This document shows positions 16,859 to 25,852 of a stretch of DNA of 64,000 bases, piece by piece. Where the stretch lies: contig CAVCJG010000005.1 in the NCBI GenBank assembly GCA_963602685.1, positions 15,047 to 79,046 on the forward strand, in the 5' to 3' direction. The notes beneath the pieces were generated by a model. The model was given only the letters and a program-made list of their open reading frames with translations, ran no database searches and had not been told where the DNA came from. Every line of letters begins with the position of its first letter. The first letter of the stretch is position 1. The position numbers and the translations under genes are program-made. The DNA is from Eggerthellaceae bacterium. GTDB lineage: Bacteria; Bacillota; Clostridia; Christensenellales; UBA1242.

Positions 16859-17344
16859 TTAATCATTATTTGATTGAGTGTTTTCCACTTCCCCAGCATT
16901 TTCATTTTTAAACTTTGCCATATCTATACAATAAAACATAAATGACAATAGCAATAATGATATGCTTCCAGCAAATGATCCTGTTGCTAACAAACCAAAA
17001 TCCGATAATATAAATGAGAACGTTGCAAAGCAAACTATCGCTAAATCTAAAATTCTTAAAACCTTAAAACTTGCTATGTTTTTCTTGAAAGTTGTTGTTG
17101 AGTCTTTTGAAACTGCAGAAAATGCTATTGCAGAAATTATAAGCCCAATAAATTCTATCATTATACTAATTGAACAAACCGTAACCAAAACCAACATAAG
17201 CGTTTTTGTATATTCGTCTTCTGCTGATGTAAGCGTAGGCATAACTTTAACGCAATTTATTATTACAGCAAGATTCGTTACCATGCCTATAAAAAAATAA
17301 ATAACATTTATAATAGTTGCCCAAAGACTAAATTTATATTTCAT
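16859..17344 (-). CDS. Small integral membrane protein (about 4 TM), unknown function
   Basis: 161 aa with four hydrophobic segments and an acidic C-terminal tail. Confidence 0.6.
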   Translation of the reverse strand: MKYKFSLWATIINVIYFFIGMVTNLAVIINCVKVMPTLTSAEDEYTKTLMLVLVTVCSISIMIEFIGLIISAIAFSAVSKDSTTTFKKNIASFKVLRILDLAIVCFATFSFILSDFGLLATGSFAGSISLLLLSFMFYCIDMAKFKNENAGEVENTQSNND

Positions 17345-17401
17345 CTTCCCTTCTCCTATTATAGGATTATAAATATATTATTCTTAAAGGTCAAGCGTTT
17401 T

Positions 17402-18118
17402 TTATTTTCCAAACATTTTAGTTTTGCGCACAAGCCCGCTCCAACCAAACAGCAATCGAACAAGATCGCTCCAATATGTTAGGCGTGCCGCATTCAAGAT
17501 TTTTTTCACGTCTTTCATCTGCGCATCAGGGATGAATTCGTCAAGCATTTTTATTGCGCGCGACGATGCATCTTTTTCAATCGAAATTATAAACAGTTTG
17601 ATTATCACCGCAAACAAGAAAATCCCTGCTGCCACTCCCCCAATGATGAACGCATATGTCTGCAAATTTTGGAAGAATATCAAAACAACAAATGCTAAAA
17701 TAAGCGGCAAAAACAATTTTCCAACAATCCAGCCTATTGTGCGCATAGCGTTTAAGGCTTTAACCTTTTTGCTTTCTTTGTCTTGCAACGCGTGACCCAA
17801 TTCGTGCGCTGCAACTGCAAACGCTCCAACCGATGTCGAGCCGAGTGTTTTGTCGGTCAAAATCAATGTTTTATTTTTGGAAGCATATGCGTCCCCGAAA
17901 ACTTTTTTAGTTCTTGAAATTTTAAGTTTTCCATCAAAGTGTGCAAAATTTTGTTCGGTTACAAATTCCAGCACAGACACATGCGCGTTTGCTGAAATTG
18001 AAAACGCTTTTTCGTAAGCGTCAGCAAACTTATCGCCTGCGTAATTGCCAACAGCAAGCAGTGCACTAATCGCAGCCACAATCGCAACAACAATAACAAT
18101 AATAATCCAAAGTTCCAT
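17402..18118 (-). CDS. Membrane zinc metallopeptidase (YugP-like, HExxH)
   Basis: N-terminal TM, AAHELGHALQ zinc motif, C-terminal TM helices. Confidence 0.7.
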   Translation of the reverse strand: MELWIIIVIVVAIVAAISALLAVGNYAGDKFADAYEKAFSISANAHVSVLEFVTEQNFAHFDGKLKISRTKKVFGDAYASKNKTLILTDKTLGSTSVGAFAVAAHELGHALQDKESKKVKALNAMRTIGWIVGKLFLPLILAFVVLIFFQNLQTYAFIIGGVAAGIFLFAVIIKLFIISIEKDASSRAIKMLDEFIPDAQMKDVKKILNAARLTYWSDLVRLLFGWSGLVRKTKMFGK

Positions 18119-18149
18119 GTTGTTATTTTAGCATTTTACGAGCAATTTA

Positions 18150-20048
18150 TCAAGTGATTAAAATTATTGTATCGCCTTTAGCGACCTTTGTCCCCGCAGG
18201 TGGAAGTTGCTTCAAAACAATTCCGCCTTCGCCGTCGGTTTCAAACGAAATTCCCAACTTTTTAAGTTCAATCGCCGCATCGGTCAAAGTTTTTCCGACC
18301 AAATCAGGCATTTCTACAAGTTCGATGACGGTTGTTTCGTTTTGTTTTTTAATGTCGAGATATTTAAAAATGCCGCTGAAAATTTCTTTGCCGTAAGGCG
18401 CTGCAACAACGCTTCCGTAATACGCGCCCGCACTCGGTTCGTCAACCATAACCATCACAAGATAGTCCGGATCGGTGGCTGGGAAAGTTCCGATAAAACT
18501 TGAAATATACTTGCCCTGCGCGATGTGCCCGGTGGCGTCGTATTTTTGCGCCGTTCCCGTTTTGCCGCCGACGTCATAACCTTCCACAAAAGTATAGTCG
18601 CCGTGCTTGTTGGTGGCCTTTGACAGCAGTTTGCAAACCCTTTGCGAAGTCGACTCTGAAACAACTTGGCGCTTAACTTCGCGGCTGGAATGATAAATTT
18701 GGTTTCCAAAAACATCGACCGCCTCGCTGACAATAGTCGGTGTGGTCAATTTTCCGCCGTTAACTATGCCGTCAACAGCGGTGAGCAGTTGAATAGGCGT
18801 AACCGCTACCGCGTGTCCGAACCCCATACGCGCAAGGTCGACGCGCTTGACGATAGATTTGTCCATCAAAATGCCGCCGACTTCGCCCGCCAGCGAAATC
18901 CCCGTCTTTTGCCCGAGCCCAAACTTTTGCATATAATCATAAAACTTATCAACGCCCAGTCGCATAGCCAATTCCATGAACACGCAGTTGCACGAATTGG
19001 CAAGCCCCTCTTGCAAATCCTGCGACCCATGTCCGATACTGCGCCAGCATCTAATCTTAACCCCGTCAATAACGCGCGACCCGCCGCAATAAAATCTGTC
19101 GTTTTCGCTGACGACGCCCTCTTCAAGCGCAGCGGCAAGCGTGAGAATTTTAAAAGTCGAACCAGGTTCGTAAACATCGGTGATCGCCTTAATTTTTGAC
19201 TCATCAAACAGTTTAGCAATGTCGTCACGCGGAATATTGTTAAGGTCAAAACTAGGCTTAGTCGAAATCGCCAAAACTTCGGCCGTCTTGGCATTCATCA
19301 CCAGCCCGGTCGCATTTTTCGCTTTTTGTTCGGTCATGATTTTTTCAAGCGCCTGCTCTAAAATCAGTTGAATTTTCGAATCGACGGTCAGCCTAATGTC
19401 CGCGCCCTTTGTCGCCGGAACATAATATCTCAGCGCACCGCCGATTTCCTTCCCCTGCAAGTCACTTTGCGTAAAAGAATAACCATCCGCGCCCTTCAAA
19501 AGCGCATCGAACTGCGCCTCAATCCCGCTTTGCCCCGCGTTGTCAACGCTGACAAACCCAAGCGTCTGCGAAAGCAAATTTCCGTAAGTGTAATAACGCC
19601 CGACGCTCTCAGCAAGATAAACGCCGCTGAATTTTTGTCGATAAATCTCTTCGGCGACATCGGCAGAAACCTGCAACTTGATAAGCACTTCAGAGATATT
19701 TTTTTTGATGACCTTTTCAAAAACTTTCAAATAGTTGAGCGATAAAATGTCCGACAAAAACTTACTGACTTGTTCGGGATTTTCAATCTCGCGCCCGCGC
19801 ACATAAACGTTGTAGGTTGTATAACTCGTCGCTAGGCGCGACCCCGTTGCATCATAAATATCGCCGCGCGGAGCAGTGATTGCCAGATCTCTTGTCCACT
19901 GCGAAGTCGCTTTGAGTTGCAAATCTTTTCCGTTTATGATTTGCACGACAAAAAGGCGCACAGACAGCGCACAAAAAAGAAAGGTCACCAGCAGCGAAAG
20001 CGCGAGTAACCTTTTTTTGAACGAATGAAGAGAGAAAGGGTTGGTCAA
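18150..20048 (-). CDS. Class B penicillin-binding protein (PBP2B/FtsI/SpoVD-like transpeptidase) with one C-terminal PASTA domain
   Basis: N-terminal TM. SxxK (GSTFK), SxN (NSCN) and KTG (GKTGTAQ) motifs. C-terminal VEMPDLVGKTLTDAAIELKKLGISFETDGEGGIVLKQLPPAGTKVAKGDTIILI. Confidence 0.9.
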   Translation of the reverse strand: MTNPFSLHSFKKRLLALSLLVTFLFCALSVRLFVVQIINGKDLQLKATSQWTRDLAITAPRGDIYDATGSRLATSYTTYNVYVRGREIENPEQVSKFLSDILSLNYLKVFEKVIKKNISEVLIKLQVSADVAEEIYRQKFSGVYLAESVGRYYTYGNLLSQTLGFVSVDNAGQSGIEAQFDALLKGADGYSFTQSDLQGKEIGGALRYYVPATKGADIRLTVDSKIQLILEQALEKIMTEQKAKNATGLVMNAKTAEVLAISTKPSFDLNNIPRDDIAKLFDESKIKAITDVYEPGSTFKILTLAAALEEGVVSENDRFYCGGSRVIDGVKIRCWRSIGHGSQDLQEGLANSCNCVFMELAMRLGVDKFYDYMQKFGLGQKTGISLAGEVGGILMDKSIVKRVDLARMGFGHAVAVTPIQLLTAVDGIVNGGKLTTPTIVSEAVDVFGNQIYHSSREVKRQVVSESTSQRVCKLLSKATNKHGDYTFVEGYDVGGKTGTAQKYDATGHIAQGKYISSFIGTFPATDPDYLVMVMVDEPSAGAYYGSVVAAPYGKEIFSGIFKYLDIKKQNETTVIELVEMPDLVGKTLTDAAIELKKLGISFETDGEGGIVLKQLPPAGTKVAKGDTIILIT

Positions 20049-20051
20049 AGG

Positions 20052-20585
20052 TTAACCTCCAAAGAACCCCGATAAATACTTGCAAAATCTATCAAACCAG
20101 TTTGACTGTTTTTTCATCTGGTCGGGACGCATAAGGTCGGTAGGAAAAGTTTCGATTAGTTCGGCAGTCTTGTTTCCCGAGTCGACGGAGTAGATTTTTT
20201 GCATGAGTTTTGCTGCGTTGATCGAGTAAGAAGATTGCGCAGCGTTGTAAGCGTTGATTGAATCTGCCAGTTCGACACCGGTAAACGCGCCGAGCCCGAC
20301 AACCAGTCCAATCAAAACAGCAGCGATGACGATTTTGAAAACGGATTTTTTAGGTTTAGGCTGTTTTTTCTCGACTGATTTTTCGAGTTTAAGAATGCGT
20401 TTTTTCTTTTCGGGAGTCACGTCAGGCAGCAAATCATAGTTCGGGGTTTCGATAACAATGTTTTCAGTTTTAGGAGACTCAACTTGAGCCTTGATAGAAG
20501 AAAGGTTGATTTTTTTACTCGCTTTTTCGAGTTTTTGTTCAACCTCAACATCTTTTTCAAGCAAAAGAATGTCTCTCTCTTTCAT
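20052..20585 (-). CDS. Bitopic membrane protein immediately upstream of the PBP (possible divisome component; FtsL position)
   Basis: Start placed at M44 of the track ORF (MKERDILLLEKD...), where AAGGAG lies 12 nt upstream. K/E-rich cytoplasmic part, one TM (IVIAAVLIGLVVGLGAFTGV), about 60-aa outside tail. 3-nt gap to the PBP start. Confidence 0.6.
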   Translation of the reverse strand: MKERDILLLEKDVEVEQKLEKASKKINLSSIKAQVESPKTENIVIETPNYDLLPDVTPEKKKRILKLEKSVEKKQPKPKKSVFKIVIAAVLIGLVVGLGAFTGVELADSINAYNAAQSSYSINAAKLMQKIYSVDSGNKTAELIETFPTDLMRPDQMKKQSNWFDRFCKYLSGFFGG

Positions 20586-20727
20586 ATGTATTCGAAACTC
20601 CTTTTCGATATGACGATTGTCAACGGAATGGGCAACGCAATAGCCGTTGCATGATGGCTGGCAAAGCCAGCATTTAATGCAGCATTTTATATGCTTGTCT
20701 TGCTTATTTATCAATAAAATGTGCGAT

Positions 20728-20905
20728 GCTAAACTTTTTCGGGGAAGGGCTTTGCCCGGCGAAAACAGTTTAGCGCGCCCTGATGCAACGCCGAAAGCGC
20801 CCGGGGCGCGTCAAGTTGCGGGAAAGGGGCACGTGGGGAAAACTGAATTTTAGCGGTTGCCCGCGCCTAGCGGGTGTGGCCGCGTTTAAAATTTGGTTGT
20901 CCCCG
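20728..20905. other. GC-rich, highly structured intergenic element (candidate ncRNA or cis-regulatory leader); family not recognised
   Basis: About 180 nt, clearly more GC-rich than its flanks. 13-bp helix 20728-20740 / 20761-20774 with one bulge. Helix 20775-20780 / 20804-20809 enclosing a small hairpin. Helix 20853-20856 / 20880-20883 around CCCGC / GCGGG (20860-20864 / 20870-20874). G-rich tract at 20818-20840. Confidence 0.45.
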
Positions 20906-20913
20906 CGAATGTC

Positions 20914-22953
20914 TTAGTGCATCCACGACGTATCTTCTTCTTCGTCTTCAACGAAGTTTGATATGCTTGTATAGAACGCATAGTTGGTTGTTGTGTCGTT
21001 TGGTCGCTTTGCAACGCTGTATGCTATTTCAAGATAACTGCAATCAAACTTGCTTTCATCCAAAACACCATACGCGTTGTATGATGAGCCTTCAAGAACT
21101 TTGTAATATCTTCTTGCATCGGTCAATCCCGAAATTGTAATCACACGTTGCTCTTTTGTTGTTTTAAGCGCGTCAGGTGTGTTGAACTTTCCGATTTTTA
21201 CAGGTTCGCCAAATGTGTATTGTTTTAGGGTTGGCTCAAACTCAAATTCAATCGTGCTTGTTCCCCCGACATCAACAGGGCCATCTTTAACACGAACCCT
21301 TTTTTGTATTTCATGAATTGGCGAGCCGTCACCTTTGTTCCAACGAATCGAAACAGTAATGTCCAAAAACTTTTCAGGGTCATAAATGTCGTCGCCGTCG
21401 TTGCCTGCGTCATATTTAATGTCAATCCAAATGTCAGTAACCGTTGTTTCGCGGCTTGGCACAATCACTGCACTTTGATATTCATATGGTTGTTTATTTT
21501 TAAATGGGTCACCACTTCCAAACTTTGAGAAGAAGGTTGTATATGGATAGTCGACAACTTCAGATGCAATGTATGCGTCGTCGATTTTTGTGTCAGTTGT
21601 TGGGTCGTCTTTATTTGCCTTTCCGATTGTTGTCAACTTTCCGCAATAGTCAACTATGGCAGTGACAACATCTTCGTAATAATAGTTTACTTGCTTTTTT
21701 ATGCCATCAACTGTATATTCTGACAATGCTTGTTCACCGATGACATTTTCGAGAATGTATTTTACAATGTCTTTTTTGTTTTTGGTTGTAAGACCAACGT
21801 AAGAGCCAAGACGATTGAATGTTGATTTAATGTCTTCAACAGCAACTTCGGCACTTGTCTTTCCGTTTACGCCAGCAGTTGCAGAGTAGCCGTCAATAGT
21901 GACAACCGGCGCACCGTTCTCACCCGTGTAAGTCACTTTCATATTTCTAGGAGTAATCCCCAGCACTATATTGTAAATAGCATATTCCAATGCACGGTTA
22001 TAGTCAGCGTTGTTTTTCGTTTGATTTCCAATAAATGTTTCTGAAAAAATCGATGGGCTAAATACTTTCCTATTATCATCGCCATTGTAATATGTTTGAA
22101 ATGTTTCAAAATCCAATTTTTTTTCATCGCTCGGCTCGAATTTTATAACCGGACGAGTTGATGTGCTCCCAGATTGATTTTGTCCGTATCTTAATATCCA
22201 TGGCAAATAATTCTCATTCGTGTGCAGTAAACTCCAATTCCAACCCCTTTGATAATCAGCCGCTATGTCGTAATACACAATAGTAGGAACGCCGTCAACA
22301 ACTTCGGCTTCTTCCAACTTTTCAGTTGTGTCTTTACTTTCTGCCTTTTTATAATAAGGTGTAACATTCACGATTTGATAACGCAAAGCATCATACCAAT
22401 AAAGATAACTATCTTTGTTGGCACTTTCAAAATCTTGTGCCAATTCATTCATTTTTTCATTGTTTGTATTTTGATATATTTCGTCAAAAATATTTGGATT
22501 GTTATAAGTAAAATTTCCATATACATAAAACAAGTATGTTAAAATGTCAGTCCCAAAATTGTAATAATATTCTCTGTTTGTTCCTTCTCCGCCATCTTTA
22601 TCAGTAACATTGCCATTAAAGTCGTATGACAAAGGCTTGCGGAGCACCTTAACATAGTCAACCGAAATTCCGCCGGTCATTTCTTCTTTCTTTTCTTCAT
22701 CATCGGTGTCTGGGTCAGAATCGTCGTCGTCATCGTCGTCATCATCGTCAGTTGCTGGCTTATGGTCTGGGTGAGTTGGCGGTGGATCTGACGTGCCAAT
22801 TTCGGTGTCTTGTTTTGGTGGAGTTGGTTTTAATCCGTCAAAAACACTGCATCCGACTGTGCAAGTAAAACAAAACACACTCATCAGCATTGCCAAGATT
22901 GCACGAGAAAAAAATGTTTTAATTTTTGTTTTCACACTTTTATGATATATCAT
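20914..22953 (-). CDS. Lipoprotein of unknown function (679 aa) with a poly-Asp linker
   Basis: Signal peptide ending in lipobox TVG-C, then a P/T/D-rich linker with D10 (ATDDDDDDDDDDSDPDTDDEE), then a large globular part. Confidence 0.8.
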   Translation of the reverse strand: MIYHKSVKTKIKTFFSRAILAMLMSVFCFTCTVGCSVFDGLKPTPPKQDTEIGTSDPPPTHPDHKPATDDDDDDDDDDSDPDTDDEEKKEEMTGGISVDYVKVLRKPLSYDFNGNVTDKDGGEGTNREYYYNFGTDILTYLFYVYGNFTYNNPNIFDEIYQNTNNEKMNELAQDFESANKDSYLYWYDALRYQIVNVTPYYKKAESKDTTEKLEEAEVVDGVPTIVYYDIAADYQRGWNWSLLHTNENYLPWILRYGQNQSGSTSTRPVIKFEPSDEKKLDFETFQTYYNGDDNRKVFSPSIFSETFIGNQTKNNADYNRALEYAIYNIVLGITPRNMKVTYTGENGAPVVTIDGYSATAGVNGKTSAEVAVEDIKSTFNRLGSYVGLTTKNKKDIVKYILENVIGEQALSEYTVDGIKKQVNYYYEDVVTAIVDYCGKLTTIGKANKDDPTTDTKIDDAYIASEVVDYPYTTFFSKFGSGDPFKNKQPYEYQSAVIVPSRETTVTDIWIDIKYDAGNDGDDIYDPEKFLDITVSIRWNKGDGSPIHEIQKRVRVKDGPVDVGGTSTIEFEFEPTLKQYTFGEPVKIGKFNTPDALKTTKEQRVITISGLTDARRYYKVLEGSSYNAYGVLDESKFDCSYLEIAYSVAKRPNDTTTNYAFYTSISNFVEDEEEDTSWMH

Positions 22954-22988
22954 TTTGCATAAAAAAACAAATTATTTTGCCTTTCAAC

Positions 22989-23020
22989 AAAAAAACACTC
23001 TTTTAAAAGAGTGCTTTTTT
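22989..23020. terminator. Bidirectional hairpin terminator between the two lipoprotein genes
   Basis: CACTCTT / AAGAGTG stem (22996-23002 / 23007-23013) flanked by an A-run and a T-run. Confidence 0.55.
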
Positions 23021-23024
23021 ATTT

Positions 23025-24809
23025 TTATCTTGAAATTGAATCTTCTTCTTTATTTCTAAAGTATGCTGATAAAGCAGCCGCTGCTATATCGGTATGTTCG
23101 CCTTCATATGAGATTCTCAATTTCGATGTTGTGCTTGCTGTGTTGCCTTCTTGTCCAGCAATTACTGGATTGTTTACAACTTCTGTGCTTTTTGACACAA
23201 TTTTATATTGTGAATTTTCTTCACCTGTTAAGAATGAGTTGTAAAGACTTTCGTTTGTCGATGTTGTATAATATGGAACATATATTGTATCAGTTTTAAT
23301 TGTAATTGTTCCATTTTCTTTGTAAACAACTGTTGCGTCAAATTGTGAATAGTAACCGGTATTGAACATTTTCTTAGAATCAATTAATCTGGATCCCATT
23401 GCTCCAACGTATGTAGCAATTACTTCTTTGTCTGAGCAAAGTTTTGTACCAAAAGCTTCTTTATCAACTGAATCTGTTGTGTCAACCAATATGTTTTTAC
23501 CTGAAAATACATTTGAATTCAATCCGTTAAAAACTTCTTTTTCACTTTCTAAGTTCGCCTTAAATGAAGCTAAGTCTGTTTTTAAAGTAGTTTCTTCTAC
23601 GCTTCCAACTTCAATTTTTTCTGACATGAACTTATTTTCAACATATTGTTTAAAGTCTGCCGACATTTCTTCGTATCTACTTATATACTGAGATATTATA
23701 TCATAATTTGAACCTTTGTATGGCGTTTTTTCGAGTCTGGTTCTTCCTAGGCTGTCAACTGTCTCCGCATATAAAACAAATGTCCCATTGTCTACTGAAT
23801 ACATTATTAATTTCGCATTCGTTACATAATCATAAATATTCGAAAGATTATTTTCAAGTAATTTTGTTGGAGAAGCAAGAGTATAACCATTGCCAAAGAT
23901 TTCGTTGTAAACTGTATCAAAATCTACATATTCAATAATTGGTTTTTCTTCAAGGGCTGGGGCTTCGTATTTTTTACTTGGGTCGATTGTGCGTGTTGTT
24001 TGGCTGAATCCCTTTCCGCTTGCAATGACATCTTCGATTTCCTTATTGGTCATATTTTCTTTTCCGTCAACCGAAAAAACTATGTCATAAAGCTTTCCGT
24101 CTTTGCCTACTAATGCAACAACCGTTCCGTCTTCACGAACTTCGCTGCTTACTGCAAAGTCATATTTGCCTGTTAATGATTCTGGAAGTTTGATGCTAGA
24201 AACATTTGCAAAGATTTCGTTTACTCTTTCAGGTGTGATTTCACTGATTTGGTCAATTTCGTTTAAGATTGTTTGAACTGCTTGTGTGAATTTTGCATCA
24301 ACTGTGTCTTTTTGGTCTTTTTCAACTTTTTGGTCAGCAGTGTAGCCTGATTTTTCATAAACTACTGTTGCTGCATCTTTGCCACGAAGTTCAGCAAGCA
24401 AGGCGTCTTCATAATAAATAGTTACAGCCTTTTCGCCATTGATTATTGCAACAACTGTTGCAGCGTCTGCCTTTTTAGAATCAAAGTGCAAGTCGGTGAT
24501 TTTAACATCTTTTGTTGAAACATTAAATTGATTTGCAACGTTTTGTTCGATTTCATTGAAAATTGCATTTGTCAAGTTAAGATTTTTGTATGCAGTGTTT
24601 TCTTCAAGAATTTGTGATGCAGTGTATGATGTGTCAGGGCCTGGTGTAGGTGTTGGAGTAGGTGTAGGTGTTGGTGTTTGTCCTGGCTTGTTGCACGCTG
24701 AAAATGAAAAAGCAGTTGTTGCAATAGCAGCGACAGTTACTGCTTTAACAAATCCTTGTTTTGTAAAAACGTTTCTAAATTTTTGAACTAGTTTATCCCA
24801 TAATTTCAT
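23025..24809 (-). CDS. Lipoprotein of unknown function (594 aa from the RBS-supported start) with a (TP)6 linker
   Basis: AGGAGGG lies 8 nt upstream of the ATG at 24809 (MKLWDKLVQKF...). Lipobox FSA-C followed by NKPGQTPTPTPTPTPTPGPD. Confidence 0.8.
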   Translation of the reverse strand: MKLWDKLVQKFRNVFTKQGFVKAVTVAAIATTAFSFSACNKPGQTPTPTPTPTPTPGPDTSYTASQILEENTAYKNLNLTNAIFNEIEQNVANQFNVSTKDVKITDLHFDSKKADAATVVAIINGEKAVTIYYEDALLAELRGKDAATVVYEKSGYTADQKVEKDQKDTVDAKFTQAVQTILNEIDQISEITPERVNEIFANVSSIKLPESLTGKYDFAVSSEVREDGTVVALVGKDGKLYDIVFSVDGKENMTNKEIEDVIASGKGFSQTTRTIDPSKKYEAPALEEKPIIEYVDFDTVYNEIFGNGYTLASPTKLLENNLSNIYDYVTNAKLIMYSVDNGTFVLYAETVDSLGRTRLEKTPYKGSNYDIISQYISRYEEMSADFKQYVENKFMSEKIEVGSVEETTLKTDLASFKANLESEKEVFNGLNSNVFSGKNILVDTTDSVDKEAFGTKLCSDKEVIATYVGAMGSRLIDSKKMFNTGYYSQFDATVVYKENGTITIKTDTIYVPYYTTSTNESLYNSFLTGEENSQYKIVSKSTEVVNNPVIAGQEGNTASTTSKLRISYEGEHTDIAAAALSAYFRNKEEDSISR

Positions 24810-24916
24810 TAGAGATTCCCTCCTATTGTTATTAAATTCTAGCACACTTTTAAGTGAATTTCAATAGTTTATTGAAAAAATTGTTGTAAAAAACGCGGTG
24901 TTTAGATTGTTTTTGT

Positions 24917-25852
24917 CTAAAATCTTTCAAAAACACGCAATTTTGCCGAGTGCGAGCGGTCGTTGCGCTGCAATTCTTCGGCGCTGGCGGTGATTGGCTT
25001 TTTGTTTATCAACTTGCCTTTTGCCTTGTGGTGGCAGATGCAGACTGGTGTTTTTGGTGGGCAGATGCAGTCTGTGACGGCGTCTTTTAGCACATTTTTT
25101 ATGATGCGGTCTTCAAGGCTGTGAAAACTTATCACAGCAAGGCGGCCACCTGGGGCGAGCAGGTCGACAAAGTCTTCAACTGCTTGGCTTAAAATGTCAA
25201 GTTCGCCGTTCACTTCAATTCGTATTGCCTGAAAGGTCTTTTTGCTGACGCCACCCTTCCCGTAAATTATCTTTTTAGGAAACGCGCTTTCGATTATCTC
25301 TTTAAGTTGCAATGTTGTTTCAATCGGAGCGGTTTGTCGGGCTTTGACGATTGCCGCTGCGATTTTTGGAGCGAAACTTTCTTCGCCATACTTAAAAATG
25401 ATGTCGCGAAGTTGTGTTTGCGAATAGCCGTTGACAACGTCGTAGGCGCTTTTTGTTTGGTTGCGGTTCATGCGCATGTCGAGTGCGCCGTCGTGGAGAA
25501 AACTAAAACCACGCTCGGCGGTGTCGATTTGATAACTGCTTACGCCAAGGTCGGCCAAAATTCCGTCAACCTTGGTTATGCCAGCGCGGAGCAAGGTGGA
25601 TTTTGCGTCTTTAAAGTTTTCGTTGAAAAACGTAACGCATGAAAAAGGCGAAAGCCGCCTTTTGCTTGCTTCAATCGCGTCGCTGTCTTGGTCAAAGCAG
25701 ATTAGTCTGCCGCCCTTGCCTAGTCGCTTCGCAATTTCGCTGCTGTGGCCTCCGCCCCCGCACGTCATATCAACATACACTCCGTCTGGGCGTATGTTTA
25801 ATGCGTCGATGCATTCGTGCAATAATACTGGTATGTGTTGAAATTCTGTCAA
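24917..25852 (-). CDS. rsmH: 16S rRNA (cytosine1402-N4)-methyltransferase
   Basis: FQHIPVLLHECIDALNIRPDGVYVDMTCGGGGHS is typical RsmH/MraW. TTG start with GGAGA RBS; the TTG overlaps the TGA stop of the upstream gene (TTGA). Confidence 0.9.
   Translation of the reverse strand: MTEFQHIPVLLHECIDALNIRPDGVYVDMTCGGGGHSSEIAKRLGKGGRLICFDQDSDAIEASKRRLSPFSCVTFFNENFKDAKSTLLRAGITKVDGILADLGVSSYQIDTAERGFSFLHDGALDMRMNRNQTKSAYDVVNGYSQTQLRDIIFKYGEESFAPKIAAAIVKARQTAPIETTLQLKEIIESAFPKKIIYGKGGVSKKTFQAIRIEVNGELDILSQAVEDFVDLLAPGGRLAVISFHSLEDRIIKNVLKDAVTDCICPPKTPVCICHHKAKGKLINKKPITASAEELQRNDRSHSAKLRVFERF

Noticed and set aside
20586-20714. Cys-rich 43-aa N-terminal extension (HIKCCIKCWLCQPSCNGYC) of ORF 20052-20714, possibly a zinc finger
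   Set aside because: There is no RBS at the 20714 ATG, whereas AAGGAG precedes the internal ATG at 20585. The Cys codons arise from two perfect GC-rich hairpins (GCTGGC/GCCAGC and GCAACG/CGTTGC), so the region is more likely a structured leader.
20728-20905. Known-family assignment of the GC-rich island: c-di-AMP (ydaO) riboswitch, RNase P RNA, tmRNA, SRP RNA, 6S RNA
   Set aside because: Only a partial resemblance exists (GCGGGGAC..CCA on the minus strand). The other conserved ydaO blocks (GGGGUGAAUC, CCGAAUCC, AGCUAACCUCGUA) are absent. There is no GAGGAAAGUCC (RNase P), no tmRNA ends or tag ORF, and no SRP GGAAG...AGCA domain IV. Strong local hairpins are inconsistent with a single long 6S-type hairpin. 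It is left unclassified.
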